Shown here: positions 12,196 through 24,247 of the stretch, one piece after another
How positions within the stretch are numbered: the stretch's first letter is position 1
Layout: each line of letters begins with the position of its first letter
NCBI GenBank assembly: GCA_002269645.1
Contig: NIVC01001373.1
Location: 1-64,000, forward strand
Source of the DNA: Macrostomum lignano
Lineage: Eukaryota
Length of the DNA stretch: 64,000 nt
Reading direction: 5' to 3'
Notes under the pieces: generated by a model
Seen by the model: the letters and a program-made list of their open reading frames with translations, nothing else
Database searches by the model: none
What the model was told of the DNA's origin: nothing
Translations under genes and position numbers: made by a program

Positions 12196-15100
12196 ATGAA
12201 AAGCATAGTTGTTTTGCTTTTAGCTGCCTTAATTTTTGATTATTCAGAAGCAGGTATGTTTGCTGGTCTGATAATTTGCTTTTAATTTAAATTATAGTAG
12301 TTAGTTGATAGGTAATGGCAATGCTAAGTTTTTAATGTTAAGCTTAAGCTAGTGATATAGCATGTCCTAATTTTTAGTTAATATATACAGTGTTGGGCAC
12401 CAGTCCATTAATAAGCATTAATAAGCATTAAGATTTTTTATTAATGTTAACAGACTGCCATTAAGATTTTTTTGAACTAACAGATTAACAAATTTACATT
12501 AATAATTTTGTGAGTTAATGACAAATTCATCGTTAACATTAATGGCAATGTCAATGACCAAAGACACAAAGAAAAAACAAGAATATGTCTGACAAGATGT
12601 TATATTATAACATTACAAATGTTTTTGAATTTACCTAAATGCCTTATTCATCTTTGTTTATAATGATGATCATGCAAATGTAACAACTTCTTTCTAATGA
12701 ACTTTAATAAAGAATTAAAATCGTAAAATGCATTGCTTTTGCATGAGCATTGATCGCTTTGATTCACTTCTTTAATAATCTTACGTGACTTTCTGCTGTG
12801 CCTGCTAGTGCTACTGAAGCAATCTTTCTATTTATATTTTTTATTAACTAATTAGTTTTCAGTTTCAATAAATAAGTTGCTTTTTTACTGTATGCTTACT
12901 TTTAGTAATATTATACATACAAGTTTTTTAATTATTATTTATTAGTTTTTAGCTTGTAAATCACTTAGATGACCTCTGTGTTCTGCTAAAAAGTTGGAAA
13001 AGCAAACACAGTGCATTATGAAGTTTGTTTTGAAAAAAAATGCAAGATTTATCTATTTTATAAGTTAACTTTAATGGAATAATGCTTATTAATGATTATC
13101 AGTTAATTTTCAGTTAACTTTAACAAATTAAGAGTAAATAAGTTAAGATTTTTTTGTTTTAACACTAATGCTTTTGCCATTAACAGAAGTAAAGATTTTC
13201 ATTAATGGTGTCCAACACTGGATATATATCAATATTATACATCATTTTCCAATACTTATCAATATATATTCAAAGAAAGATTAAAATTGATTATTCTATA
13301 TATTGATCTCATTATTTACAGAATTTAGACAATCTTTGAATATCTTTTTAAATATCAATAGGAAAATAGCATTCTTTTGTCTTGCAATCCCTTACCATTG
13401 TCCATGTGAGAGTTGCAGGTTTTTGTTATATAATCTCTAATAAAATTGCTCATATTCCTTACAATCAAGTTAGAGTTAAAGAAGCTAGGGATATATTAGA
13501 TTTGACTTATATTTTTAGATACAAAGCCTATATATTCACTTTCATTCTATGATTATTTAAATAGGTAAAATGTATTTATATGAAAGTGATTTTAGTACAA
13601 AAGTGAGAGAGATATCTATTTGGTTTTATAATCATATCAATGATAAAATTACATGTGTACCATAGTCAGGATCATAATATGTATGTGCTAGAAGTTTATT
13701 AAAAAATTGATTGTCTGCTAGGTATGCAAACAAAATATACTAGTGTGCTGGATGTTTTAGTGACAAGTCTTAAGTCTTCTAGTCCCTAGGTTACTCTAGC
13801 CTGCTCATTAAAATAAAAAACTTATTGATAAAGCTGTAATCCTTTATGAATTTACAATATATTTGCAAAATAATTATTTATAACTATATACTCATGAACA
13901 CTGTTAGGCACTTTTAATGAAAATCTTAATTTATTAATTGATAATTGTTGGTAAGCATTAATCTATTAAAGTTAATAGAAAATGCAGAAATCTTGCACTT
14001 TTTTTCAAAAAACAGATTTTATAATGCACTGTCTTTGCTTTTATATCTTTTTAGCAGAACACAGAGGTCATCCAAGGAATTTACAACCTAAAAAGTAATA
14101 AATAAAAGTTGTAAAAACTTGTAGGCATAATGCTACTAAAAGTAAGCACTGATAGAAGAAGTAAGAAGAATGATAGAAGAGTTAAAAATAAAATATGAAT
14201 AAGGTTGTTTCAATTGCATTAGCAGTCAGAGCAGAAAGTTACAAAAGATTGGGAAAAAAGTGAATCAAAGTGATCAATGCTCATGTACAAGCCATAAAGT
14301 TCACAGTTTTAATTCATTATTTAAGTTATATTTACATAGCTGGTTCTTCTAAATCTTTTTGCTAAGTTACTTTACTATATCTGCATTATGCAAGCCACCT
14401 ACTGTCATTCTTACATGCTTATTAGTTGCACCTTTTTTCAAAAGTTCTGCTGCTTTTGTTAGAACCTTGCAGCTTATGTGTGTAAATGGAATTTGTAAGT
14501 ACTTCTTTGCATTTCTATCTGGAAGGTTCAACAAGCTGACTTTGGCTGTTTGTATTGAATGAAATACAAATCAGAGACCAATATGTTGGGCTGAACTTTC
14601 TGAAAAGTCCGGACTGTCTTCCTAAAGTCAGATTGACTCCAATTAGCATATAACATATCATGAATTTGAAAAATGTCAACGTCTTTGCTGATTTTTTAAT
14701 TTCTAAATTAAATCTAAACTTCTTATACCCTGAAAGCCTTAAACCATTAGCCAAGTAAAATTGATCTAAATGCCCTCAGTAGGTGCTCCATGGCCAACCA
14801 TCCAACATTGCTTGCTTCTAGTGCACTATATAAATACCATCTTTTTCAGGTTCATCCTCATAAATCCTCAGCTTTGCACCTTTTAATTGTATCAAGATGG
14901 CTCTTAATTGACCATTCTAAACAAACAGTAGGTGAACTTTTGGAACATTCTAAAGAAGCAGAACCATCAGAAAGTGGTTCAAAGGCCCTGTCACAGCAAT
15001 CAGTGTCCAATGCAGTTGAAAATTCTTCATCATATTGATTGGTTGCCAATAGTCTTCTTTGATCTCTGACTTTCACTTGCCAAGTCGTGGATTGGAAAAA

Positions 15101-18100
15101 GAATGAATGGATCTTAAAATACTCAAAGATGCTTTTCTAGTAAGCCAGGGTTTTCAATTAAGAGACAGAAGTGATTGGGGTGCCATGAACTGTCCAACGG
15201 AACATCAAAGTTTGTAGTCCACATGATTTGAATAGGTCGCAATTTGGCAATAGCAATAATTCAAAGATTAGCGACAAAGTTAAGGACTCCATGCCCCGGA
15301 GCTGCGCAAATAGAATAGACACTCTAGATAGGTCTTTGAATAATAGAAGCCAGAAGAAAACAACTCAAGTGGTTTTGAGTAGGTGCTATATTTGGCAATA
15401 TTCCGCATCATGTCTGGCAGGGAGATGGACATGTCAATAACATTATCCAGTGGATTCTCAATTATCTTATTTCTTAAATCCTGCAGGACCAAGCAATAAT
15501 GCTTTGCATTAAATCCCAGTTCAAAAACAGAGAGTAAGCGAAGCATATAAGTAGATTATATACTTCTGCATTAGCATATTTGAACTTCATTCTGAACCCC
15601 CTTCATTCTTTACAAGGGACATTCTAGCTTGGCTATCATTTTAACAATAGATTCCTAAGTTATTACTAAGATATTCTTTGACAAAGATTGACAAGTCACT
15701 GTTTGCTAGTTAGTAAATGTATCTTATGGGGGTCTTTGATAACACTATCATTTCTATACTACATGACCATCTTAGTATAAGAAAGCTATATGCCAAATAG
15801 GTGCCGTATTAACTGACCACTAATTACAAAATAGCTTGTGTCAATTTTGCCACTGCACTATACCAATTTGACAAAGGAGCTTTTCTAATAGTTGGTAATA
15901 TCTCAATAAGCAAGAACAAATTTAAGAATTATTTTTCTGCTTGGTTTAAGTAAATGGAGAAATATATCTATTTTGATGTGCATACTTTGACAGTATTATA
16001 TACTGGAAGAAGCTGGTGATATATATTAGATTAATGCAAAATTTTTAATGTTTTTATAGAAACTTACTAGCAACCTAGTGCCCCCTTTAGGGCAGCCAAT
16101 AAGCAAGGAGCAAACCACTGCATATATTTACCTAGATAGACTTTAGTGAACTTATTAAAACAATCATGCATGTTTATTTGTTTAAACAAAATTAGTATAA
16201 GCCAGCGTGCTATATCTTTGAAATAATTTTATACTCTGGTATTTGTATATCTATATCTATACAAAAATGAAATATTATAGCTCATAAGGCTAGTTTGTTA
16301 GAATTTGATTCAATGCCATTTGCTAGTGCATTGCTTATTTAATAAGTTCTATAATTTACTTTTGAGTTCTACCCTCATCCTCATGAATATCCCATGCAGG
16401 CATACCTGTTCGCTGGTGTGTCTACACAGCCGATGAGCAGGCCAAGTGCGCCGAGCTAGTGGCTCAGGTGGCCGCTCTCGGTTACACTCGGCACACTCTG
16501 ACTTGCGTCCGCCAAACAGACGCCCTGGAGTGCATGAACGCCATTGGCAAGGTGAATCCAACAGCCGATCTCATGCGCTTGGACTCCGGCTTGGCTTATT
16601 ACGCTGCCCAGCTCTACACTATGCGACCTGTGTTGGCTGAGAACTATGGCCTTAGTAACCGTGGCGGAACTGGTGGTAGACAGGTGATTACTGTTATACT
16701 ATGCCATTGATAACTGTGAGGTTTGGAATGTCGTAACAATCCTTGAAGTATTCATTGTTAATTTCCATAGGTCGACTATCCAACGGCCGTGCTAGTCCGC
16801 GCTGGCAGCGCTGTACGCATCGACAACATGCACCGCATGAAACTGTGCAGCAGCGGAGTTGGCACCGCCGAAGGCTGGACCGTCCCGCTGGCCAGGTACG
16901 CTTCGCTTTGACCCATTGACTATCTGAGTGACTCTCTTTGACCCATTCACTATCCGAGTGACTCTCTTTGACCCATTCACTATGTGAGTGATTCTCTTTG
17001 ACCCATTGACTATCTAATTGATTCTCTTTGACCCATTCACGTCTGAGTGACTCCTTTTGACCCATTCACTATCTGAGTGATTCTCTTTGACCCATTCACT
17101 ATCTGAGTTATTCTCTTTGACCCATTCACTATGTGAGTGATTCTCTTTGACCCATTCACTATCTGAGTGACTCTCTTTGACCCATTCACTATCTGAGTGA
17201 TTCTCTTTGACCCATTCACTATGTGAGTGATTCTCTTTGACCCATTCACTATCTGAGTGACTCTCTTTGACCCATTCACTATCTGAGTGATTCTCTTTGA
17301 CCCATTCACTATCTGAGTGATTCTCTTTGACCCATTCACTATGTGAGTGATTCTCTTTGACCCATTCACTATCTGAGTGACTCTCTTTGACCCATTCACT
17401 ATCTGAGTGATTCTCTTTGATCCACTGACTATCTGAGTGAATCTTTTTGACCATTGGGTAGCAGACTGATCTCATATGTTGGACCTGTTGTCCATTAGCG
17501 CTATTTCCTATCGAAGCCATCAAAGTCTCAAAGTCTCAATGGCAAGCGATCAAAATGCATTAACTCTCCGCTCATCGCATTCGCATTGCTCAGGCTGATC
17601 CAGCAGCTGAAGACCATCCCGGTGCAGCAGTGCAACTCTGTTGTGCTTTCTGTGGCGAACTATTTCAGCCAGATGTGCCTGCCGGGCGCGATGAACTCTC
17701 TGTTTAATAACTTCGGCAGCAATCCGGACAAAGCCTGCTCGATTTGTCGGGACACCGGCGACGGCTCGAAATTCTGCAAGCTGAGCGACAATTACGCTGG
17801 AAACGACGGCGCACTGCGCTGTATGACCCAGAAATTGGCCGACGTTGCCTTCCTGCGCTTGGACGAGCTGGTGCAGTACGCTAACGATACTGGTACCGAC
17901 TTGGCGGCCTACGAGCTGCTCTGCTCCGACGGCAGCAGGCAGCCTGTGTCCGCCAGCGGCTGTAGCTGGGCCAACGTGCCGTCCGCTATGGTTGTGGCCT
18001 CTATTAGGACCAATGCCGAGACCATCCAGGTAAGGCCTTGAAGAAACTATGTAGTCAACCTCAAACACCCGACAGAACCGCCCTCAAACACCCTACAGAA

Positions 18101-21100
18101 CCGCCCTCAAACACCCTACAGAATCGCCCTCAAACACCCCACAGAATCTCCCTCAAACACCCTACAGAACCGCCCTCAAACACCTACAGAATCTCCCTCA
18201 AACACCTACAGAACCGCCCTCAAACACCCGACAGAACCGCCCTCAAACACCCTACAGAACCGCCCTCAAACACCCCACTGAATCTCCCTCAAACACCCGA
18301 CAGAGTCGTCCTCAAACACCCGACAGAACCGCCCTAAACACCCGACAGAACCGCCCTCAAACACCCGACAGAACCGCCCTAAACACCCGACAGAACCGCC
18401 CTTAAACACCCTACAGAACCGCCTCAAACACCCGACAGAACCGCCCTCAAACACCCGACAGAGTCGTCCTCAAACACCCTACAGAACCGCCCTCAAACAC
18501 CTACAGAACCGCCCTCAAACACCCTACAGAATCGTCCTCAAACACCCTACAGAACCGCCCTCAAACACCTACAGAACCGCCCTCAAACACCCTACAGAAT
18601 CGCCCTCAAACACCCGACAGAACCGCCCTCAAACACCCGACAGAGTCGTCCTCAAACACCCCACAGAATCTCCCTCAAACACCCCACTGAACCTCCCTCA
18701 AACACCCTGCAGAACCGCCCTCAAACACCCGACAGAGCCTCCCTCAAACACCCTACAGAACCGCCCTCAAACACCCTACAGAACCGCCCTCAAACACCCT
18801 ACAGAACCGCCCTCAAACAGGCTATAGAATACTCCAAGTGCTATTGAGTTGCTCAAATCCCGCCTCTAACTCATTGTCACAGGAGTACCGCATCTTCCTA
18901 AAGTGGTTGGTCGCCAACTTTGGTCCCAGCGGCACCAGCGCCTGGCGCCTGTTCGACTCGTCCAAATACGCCACCCGGAATCTGATGTTCTCAGACCAGA
19001 CTCAGCTGTTCTACGACTCAGCGGACGACAGCTCGCCAGATAAGAAAGATATCCGATCCATCTACAACTGGCTTGGCCCGGCCTACCTTGAGCTGCACGA
19101 CCAGACTAATTACTGCCCGCTAGGCGCCATCCGCTGGTGCGTCCTGAGCGCTTACGAATTAGCCAAATGCGAACGAATGAAGCTGGCCTTCTCGGCTAAG
19201 AATCTGAAGCCCAGCATCAACTGTGTACAGGGGGAGAGCACTATCAAATGCATGGAGTACATCCAGATGGGCCTGGCCGATATCATCTCTCTAGATGCGG
19301 CCGACCTGTACGTTGCTGGCAAGCGATTCGGGCTGGTGCCGTTTGTGGCCGAATTCTACGGAGATAGCACCAACTATTATGCTGTGGCTATTGTGCGACA
19401 GAATGACAAACAGATTCTCGTAAGCTTTTGGGGATCTCATTTTGGAATCAGCTAGTCTCTTTTAGGGTGATGGGATCAGCTATCCTCTTTTAGGGTGATG
19501 GGATCAGCTACCCTCTAATCCTATGGGTGATGGGATCAGCTACCCTCTGGTCCTGTAGGGTGATGGGATCAGCTATCCTCTTTTAGGGTGATGGGATCAG
19601 CTACCCTCTAATCCTATGGGTGATGGGATCAGCTACCCTCCGGTCCTGTAGGGTGATGGGATCAGCTACCCTCTTTTAGGGTGATGGGATCAGCTATCCT
19701 CTTTTAGGGTGATGGGATCCCCTCCGGTCCTATGGGCTGATGGGATCAGCTACCCTCCGGTCCTGTGGGGTGATGGGATCAGCTACCCTCCGGTCCTGTG
19801 GGGTGATGGGATCAGCTACCCTCCTTTAGGGTGATGGGATCAGCTATCCTCTTTTAGGGTGATGGGATCAGCTACCCTCTAATCCTATGGGTGATGGGAT
19901 CAGCTACCCTCTGGTCCTGTAGGGTGATGGGATCAGCTATCCTCTTTTAGGGTGATGGGATCAGCTACCCTCTAATCCTATGGGTGATGGGATCAGCTAC
20001 CCTCCGGTCCTGTAGGGTGATGGGATCAGCTACCCTCTTTTAGGGTGATGGGATCAGCTAACCTCTAATCCTATGGGTGATGGGATCAGCTACCCTCCGG
20101 TCCTGTAGGGTGATGGGATCAGCTATCCTCTTTTAGGGTGATGGGATCAGCTACCCTCTAATCCTATGGGTGATGGGATCAGCTACCCTCCGGTCCTATG
20201 GGGTGATGGGATCAGCTACCCTCCGGTCCTGTAGGGTGATGGGATCAGCTACCCTCCGGTCCTATGGGGTGATGGGATCAGCTACCCTCCGGTCCTGTAG
20301 GGTGATGGGATCAGCTACCCTCCGGTCCTGTAGGGTGATGGGATCAGCTACCCTCCGGTCCTGTAGGGTGATGGGATCAGCTACCCTCCGGTCCTATGGG
20401 GTGATGGGATCAGCTACCCTCCGGTCCTATGGGGTGATGGGATCAGCTACCCTCCGGTCCTGTAGGGTGATGGGATCAGCTACCCTCCGGTCCTGTAGGG
20501 TGATGGGATCAGCTACCCTCCGGTCCTGTAGGGTGATGGGATTAACTACCCTCCGGTGTCCTGTAGGGTGATGGGATCAGCTACCCTCCTGTCCTTTAGG
20601 GTGATGGGATCAGCTACCTTCCTTTGGGGTAATGGGATCAGCTACCCTCCTGTCCTTTAGGGTGATGGGATCAGCTACCCTCCGGTCCTTTAGGGTGATG
20701 GGATCAGCTACCCTCCTTTAGGGTGATGGGATCAGCTACCCTCCGGTCCTTTGGGGTGATGGGATCAGCAACCATTCGGTCCTATGGGGTGATGGGATTA
20801 AATACCCTCCGGTCCTGTAGGGTGATGGAATCAGCTACCCTCCGGTCCTATGGGGTGATGGGATCAGCTACCCTCCGGTCCTATGGGGTGATGGGATCAG
20901 CTACCCTCCGGTCCCGTGGGGTGATGGGATCAGCTATCCTCCTTTAGGGTGATGGGATCAGCTACCCTCCGGTCCTGTAGGGTGATGGGATCAGCTACCC
21001 TCCAGTCCTGTAGGGTGATGGGATCAGCTACCCTCCGGTCCTGTAGGGTGATGGGATCAGCTACCCTCCGGTCCTGTAGGGTGATAGTCCTCTTGTAGGT

Positions 21101-22230
21101 TATGGCTCAAAAATACTCAATACTTATCAGGACAGACAGGTCAGAAATAAAAATCCAATGATTCGATTTCCCCTCCATTCGCCTAGGTGAGCAATCTGCT
21201 GCACAAGCGCACCTGCCACTCGGGCATTGGCAAAGCCACTGGCTGGGTTGTGCCGCTCAACCTGGTCCTGGACACTCGCCAGATCACTGTGCTGCACTGC
21301 CGCCTTATCCACGCATTCTCCGAGCTAGTCTCGCGCTCTTGCATCCCGGGAATTATGGACTCAGACTATAATCCCACGGGATATAATCCCATCAACCTAT
21401 GCGAGAACTGCCGCTCGGGCGGTGCGGACAAATGTCAGAGGAACGATCGGGAGCTCTACTATGGAGACGATGGCGCCTTCCGTTGCCTGGTTGAGGAGGC
21501 CGGCGATATCGCTTTCGCCAGGTGAGCTGGGATGAAGTCATGGCAGCTGAGACCACTTTAATAGCTGCGAGTGCTTGCATTTGCACTTCAGGATATAACT
21601 TTACAGTTTTGGGTCTAGCCTGAGTTTTAATTGTCTGGAGAGTGCTCAGTTGTTATCTTCAGTCTTCAATATCCAGAAGCCAGCTTCACGATCCCGGATG
21701 CTGCCCCGCCCGCTTGCAGGCACACTACGGTGTTCGACAACACGGCCGGCCACAACCCGGCCCACTGGGCCCGTAACCGGCGCAGCAACGACTACGAGAT
21801 TCTGTGCGCCGACGGCAGCCGCCGCGAGGTGCAGGACTGGCAGGACTGCAACCTGGGTCGCATACCCGGCAACACCCTGGTCACCGGTGCCTACAAAACC
21901 GAGGAACAGAAGCAGACAATGTGGCAGCTGCTGAAATACGCGCAGACATTCTACGCCAGCGATCGGAATAGCAACAATTTCCAATTGTTCGACAGCGGCT
22001 TCGATCGCAGCGACCTCATGTTCCAGGACATCGCGCAGTCACTGGTGTACATCCCGTCTGTTAACCAGTCGTACAAGGCCTGGCTAGGCAACCAATTTAT
22101 TCAGCGCTTGGAGACGCTCGAATGGCAGAGCTGCTATCTGCAAAGCGGCCTAGGAACCAACAGCGCCAGCGCCTTTGCGGCTCAGCCAGTGGCGCTACTG
22201 CTCGGCCTTGTGGCGCTAATTTGGCGCTAA
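12196..22230 (+). CDS. MELTF: Melanotransferrin-like bilobed transferrin, GPI-anchored, 761 aa, 7 exons
   Basis: Exons 12196-12253 (signal peptide MKSIVVLLLAALIFDYSEA), 16400-16683, 16771-16895, 17594-18029, 18883-19419, 21187-21521, 21720-22230. All GT-AG, phases 1,0,2,0,0,2, total 2286 nt. Transferrin motifs VRWC, ADLMRLDSG, IRWC, NYYAVAIV, CHSGIGKATGW, GAFRCLVE, YEILCADG; hydrophobic tail VALLLGLVALIWR*. Confidence 0.93.
12388..13220 (+). mobile_element. hAT-type MITE, copy 2 (833 bp), in melanotransferrin intron 1
   Basis: TIR CAGTGTTGGGCACCA ... TGGTGTCCAACACTG; TSD AATATATA/GATATATA (7/8). Confidence 0.88.
13899..14340 (-). mobile_element. hAT-type MITE, copy 3, inverted, truncated and more decayed
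   Basis: Starts CACTGTTAGGCAC (decayed TIR); body is the reverse complement of the right half of copies 1 and 2 (e.g. GCAGAACACAGAGGTCATC, GAATCAAAGTGATCAATGCTCATG). Confidence 0.75.
15090..15620 (-). pseudogene. Degenerate vertnin-like OTU-domain coding relic (probably transposon-derived), in melanotransferrin intron 1
   Basis: Ordered motifs MLRLLSVFELGFNAKHY, then (after a frameshift) LASIIQRPI*SVY and LRPIQIMWT...WHPNHF, matching my recollection of vertnin-type OTU motifs (ELR-RT-EM, LASVLQRNIYSIYP, IMW...PNHF). In-frame stops are present. Confidence 0.65.
16905..17455. repeat. 30-bp minisatellite (TCTTTGACCCATTCACTATCTGAGTGACTC), ~18 copies, MELTF intron 3
   Basis: Direct reading; 10-aa period in ORF 17014-17523. 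Confidence 0.95.
18058..18820. repeat. 23-bp minisatellite (CTCAAACACCCTACAGAACCGCC), ~33 copies, MELTF intron 4
   Basis: Direct reading. Confidence 0.95.
19460..21085. repeat. 33/28-bp minisatellite (GGGTGATGGGATCAGCTACCCTCCGGTCCTGTA), ~50 copies, MELTF intron 5
   Basis: Direct reading; 11-aa period in ORF 20170-20571. Confidence 0.95.
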
Positions 22231-23664
22231 AAGAATACTTTCACGTGAATAATGACCCCTCCGATTTTGGCGTGCTTTTCTTGACTGACATTGTTTTGTC
22301 TACATTGTCACTATTTTTATGCTGCTTATATCGATCGTACTAATGAGATTGGCGGCTGTCGCGAGTAGTAAGATATTCGGGATAGTGCGATAGTAAAATT
22401 GGCATATCTATCCCTATTCGATGTGTATTGAGACAATAACAGTTTTCATAGCCTTAGTAAATAGCGACCAGCTCTGCGTGTACTTCACTATTCTGGCTTG
22501 TAAGCAGCAGCAGAGACTTCTAATTAAAATGTGTGCTGCCATGTGTACAGACCCATTGTCCCTGTGTTTGTTGCATCGCTATTTATCTATACATATACTT
22601 ACTAAATATTTGTAGCTACCCTGGTTATAATTATCTAGAGGAGCCTCCAAAAACAATATTGATTTTTAACTTAGTATTCTGTGCATTCCAATTCTTGTTT
22701 TATTTAAGTCAGGTTTTCGACATTCCAAATCAGGCCTCTTTAAAAAACTGTTTTATCAATTTCCCCGTACCAACTGGCCAACCTTCCATATATGGAAATG
22801 GGAGCCTGCTTATCAACTTTCATCACACATCTACGATCGCTTGCGTTCCTTTTTAATAAACTCTAATTGCTCTTTTTATACTACTTTTTTACTGACTTGT
22901 GTCTCTTTGCTGCTATCGGGTTTGCCTTCTCCAACACTGAAGAATGCAAGCCAAGCACCAACTATTTGTTCCTAGCGAGGCAGACAGGCTGTGACGCATT
23001 CATTCCATTTTGCAGACCCCGTTAATCCAGCGTTAGTTAATACCTTTGCTCCCATCCCATTCGCACGTCTATATTATTTATTATCCGACTATAACGATTA
23101 GTATAATTATAAACTTATCGAATAATCAATTGTTGCTGAACCTTAATCCCTGCTTGCTTTCCAAGAGGGCCTGTTTGACAAGCAGAGGAGAAAGTTAATT
23201 TCTTGCATATATTTTTTTAACTGCCGAATGCGGAAATTTTCGATACGAAAGTTTAAAGGCCAGAAAATATTTAATAAAAAGAACAGTGAAAAACCTTGCT
23301 GTCGATTAGTTAATGAAGACATTTTTTAAACAGTGGCTCAAGCAGAGTGCGGCCGCAGTGAAATTCACGCACTAGCCTGATCTGGAATTATACAAATATG
23401 CTACTACTCTCTGTACCTAGTAGTATATAGTAGTGCAACTAAAGCTAGTATTGGATGAAAAAGAAAATTTACAGTTTAAAAAAGTTAGATTACAAGTCAT
23501 ACAAGCAGGCACGTGTAATGCGATACTGTAATTATTCCAATCCAATCTAAATGGAATAAAGTACAAGTTGTGCACCTTCTTGGCAATCTGCGCTAGCACT
23601 TGATTTTGGCCATCTTCAAAGTCAATGCGATGATCAATTTAAACTTGGACCTCAGCAGCTGAGG

Positions 23665-24247
23665 CTACCACTTGTTGATGCCGAATATGCGAACCCGGTA
23701 CAGTTGCGGCAGCTTGGGCACAATGGCCAGCAGCACCAGGGACAGAGCGTTCACTAAAAAGTGGATCTGGTCATACCGAGTGTAGAATGTTGTCAATAGG
23801 AAGCTGCAAGGAGGGTGTGCAGGAGGGTGGCTGTCAATCAGTTTTGCGAGATAGATTGTTGGGTCAAATCTGACTGATACTACTAGTTAGTAAGCAGCCG
23901 TATCAATCTGAAAGCACTCACATCACAATCGGCACTACGAGCAGAAACTTTTTATTGGCGGTAAACTGCACGCCATCGTCCAGCTGCTCCCAGTGGGTCA
24001 GGGTTCGACTCTCGCCCTGGTCCAGCGGCTCAAACGGGGCGCCCTTCTCCCAGTGCAGCCAGAAGTATGTAATGACATTGTGAATCTGGCAAGTGAGAGT
24101 CCAGGCCAACGCCATGCTGATGAAGGGGATTGACAGCACGATGAAGTGTGTAATGAAGATGAAGATCACATAAGTGGCCCAGATCCCGCGAGAATTGAAG
24201 TAGACGTGATTCGGATTGGGATCTGAATGAGCTGTGCCGACTTGCAT
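23665..24247 (-). CDS. ORMDL: ORM1-like sphingolipid biosynthesis regulator, 154 aa, 2 coding exons
   Basis: Exon 24247-23922 ([13 protein letters not shown]...NSRGIW...[11 protein letters not shown]...[13 protein letters not shown], donor GTGAGT, phase 2) and exon 23803-23665 ([15 protein letters not shown]...[17 protein letters not shown]). Both match ORMDL family motifs. Confidence 0.97.

Noticed and set aside
16067-16270. Helitron-like 3' hairpin plus CTAG (minus, ~16067-16100) and TCTATA 5'-like motif (plus, ~16248)
   Set aside because: The two ends are on opposite strands and cannot form one element, and the 5-bp stem is too short to call alone.
22230-23665. Possible antisense overlap of the convergent MELTF and ORMDL 3' UTRs
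   Set aside because: The stops are 1.4 kb apart and polyadenylation sites cannot be fixed from sequence alone, so overlap is unsupported.
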